From Felis catus (lineage: Eukaryota), in NCBI RefSeq assembly GCF_018350175.1, contig NC_058368.1, positions 70,868,001-70,932,000 on the forward strand: DNA of 64,000 nt, given 5' to 3'. The notes below the pieces were generated by a model, which saw only the letters and a list, made by a program, of their open reading frames with translations, made no database searches and had not been told where the DNA came from. Positions 13,142-26,532 of this stretch are shown here, in pieces. Numbering within the stretch: position 1 is the stretch's first letter; the number at the start of each line of letters is the position of its first letter. A program made the translations under genes and the position numbers.

Positions 13142-13255
13142 TCATTCATTTATCCAACCAATATATGTTGAGGAACTACCTTGTTCTAGGCACTTAAGAT
13201 CCATCCGTGAACAAGAGCAAATACCTGCCCTTCTGGAGCTTAACATTTTAGCAGC
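13142..13255 (-). mobile_element. L2 3' end
   Basis: 'cattcatttatccaaccaatatatgttgagg...gtgaacaag...cctgcccttctggagctt'. Confidence 0.7.
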
Positions 13256-13293
13256 CTGACAACAAACAGCAGAGATAATAAGTAGAGGATGCA

Positions 13294-13495
13294 AGGGTGC
13301 CTGGGTGGCTCAGTTAAGTGTCTGACTCTTGATTTTGGCTTGGGTCATGGTCTCACGGTTCGTGACTTCAAGCCCTGCATCGGGCTCTTTGCTGTCAGCA
13401 TGGAGCCTGCTTTGAATCCTCTGTACTCCCCACTCTGCCCCTTCCCTGCTCTCTCTCTCTCTCAAAAATAAACATTAAAAATAATTTAAAAAAGT
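13294..13495 (+). mobile_element. CAN-SINE
   Basis: TSD AAGTAGAGGATGCA. Confidence 0.95.
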
Positions 13496-13579
13496 AAGTA
13501 GAGGATGCAGAATTTTAGAAGATGGTGAAAGAAGAGGTGCAGCAGGGCCAAGGAAATAGGTGGGGTGAGGAGAGGGAGG

Positions 13580-13645
13580 CAGATTCCTTCCCTCCCTCTC
13601 CCTCTGCCCCTCCCCTACTTGCACGCTTACACACTCTTTAAAAAA
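13580..13645 (+). mobile_element. 5'-truncated CAN-SINE 3' fragment
   Basis: 'gattcc...ccctctgcccctcccc...aaaaaa'. Confidence 0.6.
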
Positions 13646-14150
13646 TGTAATTTATATATCATACAGTTTACCCATTAAAGTGTGCAATTCAGTGGTTTTT
13701 AGTCAATTTACAGGGCTGTGTAACCATCACCACAATTTTAAAACATTTTTATCACCCCAAAAAGAAATGTCATACTTATTAGCAGTCATTGCCCCTGAAA
13801 CTCTCCAGCCCTAGGCATACACTAATCTATTTTCTTTTTCAATATATTTGCCTGTTCTGGATCTTTCATAAAAATGGAATAATAAAATGTGGTCTTTTGT
13901 GCCTGACTTCTTTCCCTTAGCAAATATTTTCAAGGTTCATCCATATTCTACCATACATCAATACTTTATTTCTTCTTATGGCTGAATAATATTTCATTTT
14001 ATGGATACAACACACTTATCTGTTGAGCAGTTGATGGACATTTGGGTTTCTGCTTTTTAGATATTGTGAGTAATACTGTTATGAGCATTTGTATACAAGT
14101 TTTTTTGTGGGCATATATTTTCTGGGATATATACTTAGGAGTGGAATTAG
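13646..14150 (-). mobile_element. L1M (L1MB/ME-like) 3' end
   Basis: 'aaagtgtgcaattcagtggtttttagt...aaggttcatccat...gttgatggacatttggg...aggagtggaatt'. Confidence 0.88.
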
Positions 14151-14716
14151 ATTTCTACTTTCTTATTAATATTACCAAATAGCCTATATCAATATTACCA
14201 CAACTTCAGGCCTAGAGGTAAAAAATGAGACAAAGTTGAAAAGTGGGACCTAGAACACATGTTGTCCTTTTTTCTTTCCCAGGTCCCTGTGTTTCTAGAG
14301 CTATTTTAGCCATAGTTACTGTTGAGTTACCACAGTACTAAGTGAATGGATATTTTTCTTTGTTCTGTTTTGGAGCATAATGCTGTATCATAAGCCACAT
14401 CAAAAAGGGCTGAGAGTGAGTGAGAGAATCCACCTGCATTGGCTTACTGAAAATACAAGGTTATTTCAAAACCTAGGTCATTGTTTACTTTTAGCTACAT
14501 AAAAAATCTTTAAGTAGATTTTCTTACAGCATCTCCAAAATAAAGAAGCCAGGAAAGACAGCCAAAAACATTGACTTTGAGGGAAAAAAAACCCGACAAC
14601 TTGTAATTGCCTATCAGTCTTTGGACTTACTTCTGGGGAGCACCAATTAAAAATCTTAAATGTAGCTTTTTCAGCATAATTTTATTAATATGAAAGAGTT
14701 TTATCAAATATGATCA

Positions 14717-14748
14717 TGTGCGCATGCGCGTGTGTGTGTGTGTGTGTG
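14717..14748. repeat. (TG)n microsatellite
   Basis: Read directly. Confidence 0.9.
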
Positions 14749-16366
14749 ATTTTAAACATTTTCATAATGAGTTCCCAAGTGCTTTTTTGGCCGTGGTTAT
14801 TAAAGCTTGTGTGTTTGCAATTTATTTGGCAAAATGCCTTTAGTGAAGAAAGGATATAGTGTTCTCTTGGTTCATTGCCCAAAGTAATTTTGGAGAAGTC
14901 TGTGACTGTGTTTAGTTCATGTCATTCATTGGAGACAAGTCATTGTAATTACATCTGATCACAATCAGTTTACAGTTGTTTTATCATGTTTTCATGCTGA
15001 ATATCTACTCAGACATCATAGCAAAACTTAATGGCTACTGTTTTATTTGTACATAAAATGTTTTATAGCCTTTTTTTTTTTTTTTTTTTTAGTACACATC
15101 AGGTTTCAATCATCACTACTGCATAGTGTGAGGAAAGAGATGGATAAAGAACTATCAAAAATCCTTAACTATATAAAATTTTATTTCAGGTCACCTTGGC
15201 ATAAAAGATACTGAATATATTCTGTGGCTTTCCCCCCCAACATGTTAACAGTTGTAGAAGAGTTACAATATTTGGAGCAAACCAGATGAAATGTGGAACT
15301 GAATTCACCCACAATGGATTATATTTGCCTTCCCTTTCCATTGGAAGTGGGTGTACCAGTATTTGGAATGGCTCTTAGGTAATGGTTAAAAGGCAGCATA
15401 TTGTTTTTCTTGAGATTTAAAAGCAGGTTATCTTAACTGTAACGCTAAACAGTTTGTCATTGTTGTTTCAGAAAGCCTGCTCTAACATTCGCCCTATGTG
15501 GCAGAGTTACGGTACTGGGTGTTATTGACAGCTACCAAATGCTGGAGGCTCTCAAGGATGGGACAGTCCCCAATTTGCTAATTGTGGTAGCTTTGCTTCA
15601 CCAGTGAATTTGGGTGAATTCACTAGTTATCTCTCAGGTGTCAATTCTCACCATTTCTTATTTTCCCCAAAAGGTTGGTCCGTAGCCCTTCTGAAAACTG
15701 CTTTTGTCTGTATGTTTAATTCTCTGTGGTTGAAGAATCTCCTGTTAGAAAAGTGTAATTAATGGGAAACTTTGACGTCCAGCTGAGAAAATTAGTTTGC
15801 ATCAAAAAAGGCAGGATAGAGGATTAAAGAAATTTTAGTCCTAATCTAATTAACACCAATTAAAAGATGCAGATGAATTTGCACCAAAAAATTGTTAATT
15901 ATGCACCCATTTGCCTTTTCTGCGACAAAACCAAAATTAGGAAAGTATTGTTATCTTTTTTGTTTGAGGAGACTACCAGAGCGGGTTTGTTACAATCATC
16001 TTTTGTATAATTAGAGAAAAGGTAGGCGGTAGGAGTTAGTGTGAACTGTTTTACTCTCCTGATATTTTTATGTAGATTAACTCTTTAACAATGGAAAGTA
16101 CAGGATAATTTCTTAGCATGTCTCTCTCAGACATCTGATGAGGACCTAGTACTTACAGGAATCCCTGTTCCATGCAGTGAAAGCCTGAGTATGTATACAG
16201 AGATTGCATTTTCTCATTCCGAATATTCTGGCTGTTTGTATTGCTGATGTCTGTTCCTTAGAGAAAGCCTTGTGACCTAAATGGTACAGTTAATTGAACT
16301 CTGCCCTAGGTACATGTTAGAAAAGGAGAATTGAACTTTTTTTAGGCCTTAAGAAATGGTCTTACC

Positions 16367-16570
16367 GGGCACCTGGATGGCTCAGTCGGTTAAGTCCCTG
16401 ACTTTTTATTTTGGCTCAGATCATGATCTCACAGTTGGTGGGATCTGGCCCATGTCACAGTCTGCGCTGACAGCGTGGAGCCTGCTTGGGCTTCTCTCTC
16501 TGCCCCTCCTCTGCTCATGATCTCTCTCTCTCTAAGTAAATAAATAAATATTTTTTAAAAAAGAAAGAAA
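16367..16570 (+). mobile_element. CAN-SINE
   Basis: Full body, degenerate TSD AAGAAAnnGTCTT. Confidence 0.95.
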
Positions 16571-17039
16571 GAAACTGTCTTTTTGTCCCCATACTCCTGT
16601 TTAACACTGTGGTCTTGTAGGGAGTTCTGTGCATGCCTTCCTCACTTGGCAGATCTGCGCTTCTGTTTACGAGTGTCTACTGTGTTGGGACTTCGATTTT
16701 ACCTTTTGAATCACTCTTATAGGTCCTCAGATGGTGATCTGAGTAATTATGTAGGGGGCAGTGAAGCACAGACCTATTATATCTGCAAATGACACATCTG
16801 TCCAAGTGTCATGTAATGAATAACTGCAACGCACTTTATAATAAACTGTATTTTTTCTTTTTCCAAAACGGAGGGGGAGAGAAGGGGAAATATCTGCTAG
16901 AAATGGGAAGAAAGTTATAACTATGGATTCCTCTGGCCATTATCCAGCAGCTACCCTTAGATTTCCAGGTGTTCATTGTTAAACTTCACTCAAAGAAAAT
17001 GTTTGACCAACCAGGTCCTGGTATAAGAAACAGCATTTT

Positions 17040-17269
17040 GGGGCACCTGGGTGGCTCAGTCGGTTAAGCGGCCGACTTCGGCTCAGGTCATGATCTCGCG
17101 GTCTGTGGGTTCGTGCCCTGCGTCGGGCTCTGTGCTGATGGCTCAGAGCCTGGAGCCTGTTTCAGATTCTGTGTCTCCCTCTTTCTCTGGCCCTCCCCTG
17201 TTCATGGTCTCTCTCTCTCTGTCTCAAAAATAAATAAATGTTAAAAAAAAAAAAAAAAAAAAAGAAAGA
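17040..17269 (+). mobile_element. CAN-SINE (SINEC_Fc)
   Basis: TSD AAGAAAYAGCATTT. Confidence 0.95.
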
Positions 17270-17300
17270 AAGAAATAGCATTTTAAAGAGCAGTGTTATT

Positions 17301-17507
17301 GGGACGCCTGATTGGTTGAGCATTTGACTTCGGCTCAGGTCATGATCTCACAGTTTGTAGGTTCGAGCCCTGCATCAGGCTCTGTGCTGACAGCTTGGAG
17401 CCTGGAGCCTGCTTTGGATTCTGTGCTTCCCTCTTTCTCTCTCCCCTCTTCAACTCCTGCTCTGTCTCTCTCTCTCAAAATTAAATAAACATTAAAAAAA
17501 AAAATTT
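17301..17507 (+). mobile_element. CAN-SINE (SINEC_Fc)
   Basis: TSD AAAGAGCRGTGTTA. Confidence 0.93.
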
Positions 17508-18703
17508 AAAGAGCGGTGTTACTGCTAACCAGTACGTGTGCTTAGAATTTAAATAACAATATCTAAATGGCCATGTTTTATTGATGGGGTGATAGTTAAT
17601 ATAAAAATTTAGGATGCCCGGTTTGTATTTTCAAGATTTGTGCTGGAAACTTTTGCATTCATGACTGGCTGAAAGCAGACTGCTATAAAGTAGTTTTTAC
17701 TGGCTGGTGTTTTCATGGGTAATGGTGGTTTGATGTTGGCCTACTAATGGGAGAATTTCACTATGGCATCGCCTATGACGGCAAACGGAAGGGCATTCTG
17801 TAAAAACAGTGTCTTCCTCCACACTTTCACAAGAGAATATCTGATACCATTTTTGACTTCTAGAGCATCCATTGTACTTGTCTGCAAGTCTCTAAGGATG
17901 CAGTGCACCCTTCCATAAAAACATACCCATATCATAGATTCCATATGAAATATTTGGTGAATCAATTTAGAAGGTAAATAACATAGCCTGATGAAATGGC
18001 ATTAGTGGGATTAGGATAGCAGTTGTTTGATATTTCTGTTGCACTAAAAATAAAAGAATGGTACCTAAGTTGACCAGGTCTTATAAAAGGCCATTTTGTA
18101 TGAGGCCTCCAAAAATAATTGTCAAGGGCTAGTCAGCTAGCAGACCAAATCTCTCACCCTAATCCAACTTAGAGTTTGTTGTTATTAGTAGAAAAGCTTA
18201 TTTGGTTTATATCTAAGTAAGATCTTGAATTATCCATTGTGTTTCCATCATTGGATGATGATGATTCCACCAGAGTAGAATAGGAGGTTGGAGTGTGTTT
18301 TCCGTTACTACTTACCATGCCTACAGAATGCCTTTGCCCCGTGCCTACCTAGTCTGTCCTCTGACCAGCAGCACAGATGTGATATGACCACTGAGATCAA
18401 GGGTCTGATCTGTGGCCTCATAACAGACTCTTTGTGTTTCTGTCCCTAGCCTGAAACCTTAGTTATACTAGCACCAGGCTTGAACCAAATAAACAGCACA
18501 GTTCTGAACATGCATCATGCTTTTCATGATGTTTTACTGTGCCCATTCTACATGCTCTTATACCATTAAAGAAGGAAAAAAAAATACTTTTTTTAAACTA
18601 AATTTCAGTTTTTCCCTTGTGATTATTTTCGACCAGAGCCAGAACATCAGAAGATTATGAGAGGAGTCATTTGTGAACAATCTCTGTAAGAAATATGTAG
18701 TAT

Positions 18704-18900
18704 TGGGTGTCCGACTGGCTCAGGTCATGATCTCATGGCGGCTTGCGAGTTCGAGCCCCACATTGGGCTCTGTGAGAACAGCTCAGAGCCTAGAGCCTGC
18801 TTTGGATTCTGTGTCTCCCTCTCTCTCTGTTCCTACCCTGCTCGCACTCTCTCTTTCTCTTTCTCAAATATAAATAAAGATTTTTTTTTAATTAAAAAAA
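18704..18900 (+). mobile_element. CAN-SINE, 5' truncated
   Basis: Body starts at the GTCCGACT motif; (CT)n and tail present. Confidence 0.9.
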
Positions 18901-18907
18901 ATATACA

Positions 18908-19343
18908 GAGGCATGAAAACTAAATGCAGTTAGTGATTTAGGATTGGGTCATGGGCCAGAAAAAAAAATGGACATAAATCACATTTATTGGCACAATTGA
19001 TGAAATTTGAATAAGGTCTATAGAATAGACAACAGCATTGTATCAGTTCTATTTCCTGATTTTGATCATTGTAGTGCAGTTGTGTAGGAGAGTATCCTTG
19101 GTTTGGGGAAGTATTTAGGAGTTAAAGGAGCACAATATAATTTACAAATGGTTCAGAAGAAAGAATATATACATAACTTATGAACATCAATCAGTCAATC
19201 AATAGAGGGCAGTAATGATAAAGCAAATGTGACAAAATGTTAACAATTGGCAAATCTGGGTAAGGGGTATTCAGGAATTTTTTGTGCTATCCTCGCAACT
19301 TTTCTGTTAGTTTGAAATTATTTAAAATAAAAAAAAATTAAAG
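18908..19343 (+). mobile_element. L1MC (L1MC4-like) 3' end
   Basis: 'actaaatgca...gaaatttgaataaggtctatag...ttcctgattttgat...gcaacttttctg...gtttgaaattatt' plus A tail. Confidence 0.85.
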
Positions 19344-20673
19344 TTGAAATTCTGGGTTCTTCCCACCCCACCCCAAATTAATAAACCTTTCTGTGCATGG
19401 TTCTAGAAAGAAATCAGAGGTTCTTCTCTGACAGGGATTCTCAGACAAAGCCTGCCACTGGATCACCCACAGAGGGTCAGTAGTATTGACTCAGCTAGCC
19501 AAAATGGATTCTTGGGAAGAATGTTCACCAGGGTGGATTGGTTATGTTCAACAGTTTAATGTATTTCTTCAAAATCTACCAGCCTGATGGAACAGAGAAC
19601 TAAATGATCCCCTCTGAGTCTACAAATAACAAGATAAAATGTTCTCAAGTCCATTTATTTCTCACGTACACCTCCACTGTAAGATTGAGCCATGGCCTTC
19701 AGTGAACATTAGAACTGAAGTTCACTGTATTGTATGTTCCCTTTCAGACAGGACTTCACAAAGACCCTCTTTTATGAAGAAAACAACCAGCCAATAAAAC
19801 AGTATTAGAGTACATTATATATGTGACCAATCATTTTATAAAATCTGATGTAAGCCTTCAGGCATAATTGGAGTTCTTAGCAAAATACTTTGGTTTTTAA
19901 TATTTCTATGACCCTCTAAGGGGGACTTAGCAATTACTCTTAAATTTTCAAAGTGGTGCATGGAGTTTTAGCTGTGTGACTTCCATTAAAGACCATAGGA
20001 GTCTTGTTGCTAAAACATCACACAACTCATGAAAATGTGCTCCTTCTTGTGAAATTGTTAGAAGTAATGGGTATGGAAGTGTAGCCTGGTATTTCTGGTA
20101 CATTTACAGGCTTTCTGCACTTGTTTCAAATTTAATACTTTTATAAAAACTCAACAGTTCTATAGGACTTGGGGGAAAAAAAGCATATTATGTGTATTTC
20201 AAAAGTGAAGGTGTAGAAAACTATAGAACCACTAAAAACTAAGTTCTAAAATGATTCCTTAAGAGAATCCAAATGTTTAAAAATATTTATCATCTTTATT
20301 TCAAAATTAATATATCAGCTCCCAGATTTTTAAAGTATGCCTTAAAGTAATACCATTAAAAAAAAAAAAGACTTACAAACTTTCAGTATAATCATATATA
20401 AGGATTTGGGTTTGCAACGACCCCTTCTGTTGAAACTTGTGTAACTTAAGCATCTTCTGAGCAAAACTTCCCTCCTTCAGATAGAAGGATCTTCCAGGGG
20501 CTAAGCCTTAAGGTTTGCTGAGGTCCCCTCTCTGCTGTGAACTTTACACGTATGCTCAGCTCACGAGCTGGCATGGCCTTGCTGGTGATCCAGCCAAGGA
20601 CTCTCAGGGTATATACCCCAGTTCCCTCTTAGGGCAGAAACATCTCTGGAGTTTTGTTTCCTTGGTCCTTTGA

Positions 20674-20700
20674 GAGACCCGGGAGACCCGGAAGACCCGG
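20674..20700. repeat. 9-bp tandem repeat, 3 copies (RAGACCCGG)
   Basis: Read directly. Confidence 0.8.
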
Positions 20701-23700
20701 AACTGGCCTCAGACATAGATAATTTGTTTCAACACGTTCAGAGGGGAGGGGGGTGAGAAGTAGAAGTAGAAGACTCAGTGACTACTTCTTGAGTTAATTA
20801 TTGTTGGCTCCTCAGTTTCAGTGGTACTGTTTTGCTATAGATCTTTTACTAAACAGCATTGAATTATCATTTTTACTCATTATCTTGGGAAGATACTGTA
20901 GGCATTGTTTTTTCCTGCAATCTCTGCTGAGTAGTAGGTTTTAGGATAGATTTTAAAAATGGAGAACTTGACATAGAATCAATTTTTCAACATAGTATTG
21001 AACAAATAGCATCAGTTAGGTGTGAGCTATGCCATTGATTTGAAGTGTCCCAGCTGGGGTCAGAATTAGGGACTGTCTAAATCAGGGAATTTTCAGAAAG
21101 GCAGGGGAGAATATCAAGGTACAAATGGGAGGAAATAAGCCATTGTTCCTTTAAAAAGCATAGTAACCTCGATAATGAGAGGCTATGAAATCGTTCTTTT
21201 TATGACAGTAGCTTCTTAACTTCACAGCCCTAAGAACTCCTAGGGTCACTTGCAGAGAGCCCCAGGGCTACACCTGCCTTGCATAGATTAGGGCCTGCTG
21301 CAGCTGTCTTCATTTGCAAGACTAAGGTGTAGCTCGATGAGGCTGTGGGTCTCAGCAGGGAGCACTCCTTCCTGATCTCAATAGGCTGGCATTTCAGATT
21401 AAGATGGCCATTGCAAGTTAGGCTCAGAAATTGCAAGATGAAGCAGGTAACTATTTCCTGAGTTTTATGTATCAGACCTTATGAGGTATGAAGCAGGAAC
21501 TCTTATATACGGCTGCCTTGAATTAGCCATGCCTTTTCCAATCAGCCCTACTGAAGGCAGCTGCCTAAATAAACCATCTAGCGTATTTAGGGGCCAAGCC
21601 TGCCTTTGGCTCACAAACATGTTTGTAAAGAGCGTGTGAATGTATAGGATGATCTATTGATGAGGACAAAAGGGAACGCTCTTTGGAACCTATACCCGTC
21701 AGCATCGGTCTGTGGGTTGGATACGCTTTCTCTGTAATGTGCATTCATTTCACAGAAAATACAATTAGGATAATTCTTGTGTGTTCTCTACAGGAAGGAA
21801 GTAGTATACTGCTTGTGAATGGTAGGCTAAATGAGGGAATCATTAAAGGGTTTTTAATAGACTTTTGAACGAAAAGACATAAGGGATTACAGTTATGTTG
21901 CCTTAATTGAGAAATATTTTGCAGTGTAAGGAGACTTAATCAAATTTTCATTTCATACCTGGTCAGGGACTAGGCTGAATGTTTCTTTAAGCAATCTGAT
22001 AAAATGCACATGGAAGACGTGGGTTATGTGAGAACGTGTATGAAGTGTTTAGCATCTCTCCTGTGGATGCCTGAATATCAGATACTTGGTTTACTGTGTT
22101 GGGTTGAATGCTTCTGTTCTAATTTCTAATGAACTTTACCACCAGACTACTTGATCATGACTCAACCCAGGAACAATGCAAATGGAATTGCCCCCTGATG
22201 GGGAGGAATGGGCCCAGATGGCCCTTAAAAGGTGATAATTAGGAAATATAGCATATCTGAGTAGCTAGAAAGAGAGAAACTTGTTAAAGACAGTCAATCT
22301 GTTTGAAGCAATGGTCTTTCCCTTAATTATATGCATTTTCATTTAGAGTTGCTTTAAAGTACAATTTTCTCAGGAATTTTTTTTATTAGTAGTTGAAATC
22401 TAGAAACCATACACATTTTTTTTTTTTTTTTTTTGCTACTCTGTTTCGGATTATTTAAAGAATGCTTTCCTTCATACATTTTTTGTTTTCTAGATCTGTG
22501 TAACAGACTTGCTGTGTGTGTTTTAAGGGGCCGTTTTAGGTTATTTTAGCTCTTATGCTGAAACAGTGGGGGAGTGATTAAAAGTGAGAAAAATATTGGT
22601 ATATATTTGTAAACTGAGCTTTTAAAATTAAAATAGTTACAGGATATGACAGTCTGTGATTTCATATACTTTGTAGGATTGCCTTAAATGTATCGCCGTC
22701 TTGGCAGCATAATCTCCAGATTCTTCTTGAATATGTCGTTAATATAATTTTACATATGATATGACAAGTAGGACTTTTTAAGCATTATTTGTTTCTCTGA
22801 ATTAGCATATTTGCATTCACTAATGATATCATCCCTTTGGCTTTTCTTTAGTCACATTTTTTTTTTTTTTAGTGTACTAGTTTCGCATTGCTAGAAAAAT
22901 AACACGTGAGTGGAAGAAGATGAGAAGGTGGTGACTTAAAGAAGTGTGCTCAGTGTATCTCTTCCAGTTTCTACATGGCCATGAGTGTGGGGGAAATAGG
23001 AATTACAGCATAAAACAAAAGCTCTAATGGCCAGTAGGCAGCTGTTTCTTTATTTGTAAAATCAGAAAGTACACTTACATGAAATGCTAAATTAAATTAT
23101 TCCAAATATCTTGGCGGTCCTATTTTGGTATATGAGTTGCTTTCCTGAAATTATCCAGCACCATTGTTCATCCTGACAGAAACCAAGGGTATAGATGCAC
23201 CTTTGGGACTATGGCCAAGGGAAGACCTGCATTTTCCTGGTCTGCCCATTCAGGTTTTGAAGAACTTTCCATAAAATAAGCCTCAAAACCCAGGTATTGC
23301 CCCTCCCATCCTTAGCAGTTACACTGTGGCTGAAATGTTGGGTTCCCAGGATCTAATCCTTGGGGCTTAATACACTTCGTAAAGTATCTTCTTCCACTCA
23401 AAAACCTCTTAGAGAGTCTTTGATATTTTAAGGGTAGTTGTTGAAAATGGATATAGCTCATAATCAGTTTAGGATTCCAGAAGCACGTATGCCAAGACAG
23501 AATGGAGAAGCATCATGTTCAGCAAGCTTCAGGGGGAAATAGGATGAGAATGAGCCTTGGGTCCGCTATTTGCAGGATCTTTTGAATTGTACCCTTGTAA
23601 TCATTGACAGGTTGTCCCAGAGGAAATAATCTGGTTCAAACTTTCCTTGTTATCAGTGAAAAACAAAAATTATTTAGTGCAGGTAGGCTTAAGGGAAGAA

Positions 23701-24592
23701 AAAGTCAAGAGGAAAATTGGAGATAAAAATCACTACTATCTTTAATTCCATGACTCACAGCAAGGAAGGAGTATGTTTTACATCCCATGTGCCCAACTTT
23801 ATCTGTAAATGAGAGTATGGTTTTTGAAGATTGTATTCAATTATTTCAACCTTAGTAATGGCAAAAAAGATCTAGCATTGTTTACTGAATAGTCGCATTT
23901 ATTTATTCTTACTTTCTAGGTGTGACCTGACTTGAAATCTTTATAGTTGTTGACATTTTTTATCCATCACAGAACAAGCTCTGAGGAGAAAAGCAGATTC
24001 AACTTTTCAAGTGTTTTTAAAAGTCTTCAATTTGATCAAAACCTAACTTCCCTTTTCTTGAGATTACTAAATCATAATTGCTATAACAATATTTGGAATT
24101 TTGTTTAGCACAACGTATAAAGAACAGAGTTGAAATAGACCAGTGGATGGATGGCAATTAACTCTGCATTCTTTTTTAGACTGTTTTATTAATTAGCTCT
24201 CTAGACTCAAATAGGTTACATCCTCTACGCAGTAAATTGCATTTGTAAGCTCTGTGGATGAAATTTGCATGTGGCCTAAATGCTATTCACATTGTTGTGT
24301 TAAGTAGCATTTTATCTCTCTAGACCCTCCCCCTACACCCAGTGCAAAGTTTTATCCACTTTTCTTGCTGGAAGGGAAAGTCTCATGTAGTTTGGTCATT
24401 TGGCGCCATCTTCTTTTTTATTGTTAAATCCACTAAAGCCGGTCATGCCTGGCAGTACCAAGCAAGCTCTTTCCGGTGTTCTGGTCTGCTAAGCATTTGG
24501 AGTTCTTTGCTGTTTATTTACATGGAATGTTTTCAGCTTCTGTCTTTGCTTTAAGAGCGGATTAAAAGGAATCTTAAAAAAAAAAAAAAAGA

Positions 24593-24845
24593 GGGGCGCC
24601 TGGGTGGCACAGTCGGTTAAGCGTCCGACTTCAGCCAGGTCACGATCTCGCGGTCCGTGAGTTCGAGCCCCGCGTCGGGCTCTGGACTGATGGCTCAGAG
24701 CCTGGAGCCTGTTTCGGATTCTGTGTCTCCCTCTCTCTCTGCCCCTCCCCCGTTCATGCTCTGTCTCTCTCTGTCCCAAAAATAAATAAACGTTGAAAAA
24801 AAAATTTTTTTTTAAAAATAATAAAAGAAAGAAAGAAAGAAAAAG
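24593..24845 (+). mobile_element. Young felid CAN-SINE (SINEC_Fc)
   Basis: CpGs almost intact; variant CTTCAGCCAGGTCACGATCT. Confidence 0.97.
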
Positions 24846-25766
24846 AATGTATATTTTGGTGTAGGTTTTTCTTTCTGGAATCTTCCCTTACACCCCACCC
24901 CCCACCCCCCGCCATCATCACCACCTTACCCTTATCCCCAACAGCATGTACTTTTTTTTTTTTTTTTTTAATTTAACACTATTTTAGGAAGCACATTAAC
25001 ACTGCACACAGCTTGGGGATGACTCCCCATCACCAGTTGGTCACATCATCAATGTTGCAATTCTATTCATCATTATGATTTAAGAATGTTACTGAACAGC
25101 TGCCTCTCAAGAGGATGTTGATACTTAGACCCTTCTGTCATTTATCTGACTCAAAAGCACAACTCCCTTGAAAGAATTAATATCAAACCTACATATGAAA
25201 ATCTAATATTTAGTAGGGTGGGTTCCTTTTCAATACATACTTTTCAATTCAACAGGGAGGATCCATCTATTTTAAAAATCATTAATCACATGCTTCTGAC
25301 ATTTCCCTTTGACTTTCCTCAGGGGGAAAGTTATTTGAATAACAAACAAATAAACAAAAAACCCTGTCAGCCTCCCACTTCAACAAAAGCTTTCTGTCAT
25401 ACTGAGACCTACAGTGTCCTGTTTGGTTAGAGGCAGCAGGGTGGTGTAGACACTATGCAGAAAATCTTGGGTTAATAAGTACTCTCTGGAGTTAGTGTTT
25501 TTCCTGACTAACTCTTGGATTACTGCTTTGAGTTTCTAACCCATTATCGCTGTCCCATGCAGAATTTCCAACATGGTAGCCACTTCTCTGAGCTGCCTCT
25601 CCTTGATGTCCTGATGGTCGATAGCATGAAAATTTGTGAGCAGTTTGGTTTTTGAATGAACTGGAAGTAAAACCTTGAGGCATTACTTGATTCTTTGGCC
25701 AAAGGACCATTTTCTTAATATCTAAGTTGATCTGGAGCTGAGAATAAGCCGTACAAATTTCTATTT

Positions 25767-25887
25767 ATGTATGTATGTATGTACATACATACATATATAA
25801 TCTCTACGCGCAACGTGGGGCTCCAACTCATGACCCCAAGATCTAGAACTACCTCCTCTTCCATCCAAGACAGCAAGGCGGCAGCCC
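25767..25887 (-). mobile_element. Short diverged CAN-SINE with (ATGT)n/(ATAC)n tail
   Basis: 'taatctctac...acgtggggctccaactcatgaccccaagatc'. Confidence 0.7.
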
Positions 25888-26073
25888 AGCCCAGTACAAA
25901 CTAATTTTTACACACATGTCTTTGGGTCTTCAGTTCAAACCAACTCTTATATAGAAACTCTGACGTTTTTTTTTTGGAGGACTTTGTTGCCTATCAGAAA
26001 CCCTCCCCCTTGCCTCCCAAGTTGGTGGTCCCTGAAGATGTGGTCAGAGCCCCAAGTTTAAAATGCACCTTGT

Positions 26074-26181
26074 GGGTCTCTTGACTGGCTCAGTCAGTGC
26101 AGCACGTGACTCTTGATATCAGGGTTGCAAGTTCAAGCCCCACGTTGGGTATAGAAATTACTTAAAAATATAAAATATTTA
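26074..26181 (+). mobile_element. Short CAN-SINE (SINEC_old-like)
   Basis: tRNA-like head; tail interrupted by the next SINE. Confidence 0.85.
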
Positions 26182-26391
26182 GGGGCGCCTGGGCAGCTCA
26201 GTCGGTTGAGTGTCCGACTTCGGCTCAGGTCATGATCTCACAGTTCATGAGTTCAAGTCCCGCATTGGGCTCTGTGGTGACAGCTCGGTGCCTGCTTCTG
26301 ATTCTGTGTCTCCCTCTCTCTGTGCCCCTCTGCTGCTCATGCTCTGTCTCTCTCTCTCTCTCAAAAATAAATAAACGTTAAAAAAAAATCA
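26182..26391 (+). mobile_element. CAN-SINE inserted in the tail of an older SINE
   Basis: TSD AAAAATATAAAATATTTA. Confidence 0.95.
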
Positions 26392-26471
26392 AAAAATATA
26401 AAATATTTAAAAAATAAATGCATCTTGTATAATGAAATAGGATCAAGATGATATTCTTTCTTGTGACTGTG

Positions 26472-26532
26472 TATTAGATTGAACCATTGGAAATTGCTAC
26501 TGCTTGACCAGTTTTGACCTATAAAAGTGGCA
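26472..26532. mobile_element. MADE2-like mariner MITE fragment
   Basis: 'tattagattgaaccattggaaattgc...ttttgacctataaaagtggca' resembles the recalled MADE2 consensus. Confidence 0.6.

Noticed and set aside
21398..21446. Possible plus-strand exon (tttcAG ... CAG|GTAACT)
   Set aside because: 49 nt, weak pyrimidine tract, no recognisable peptide.
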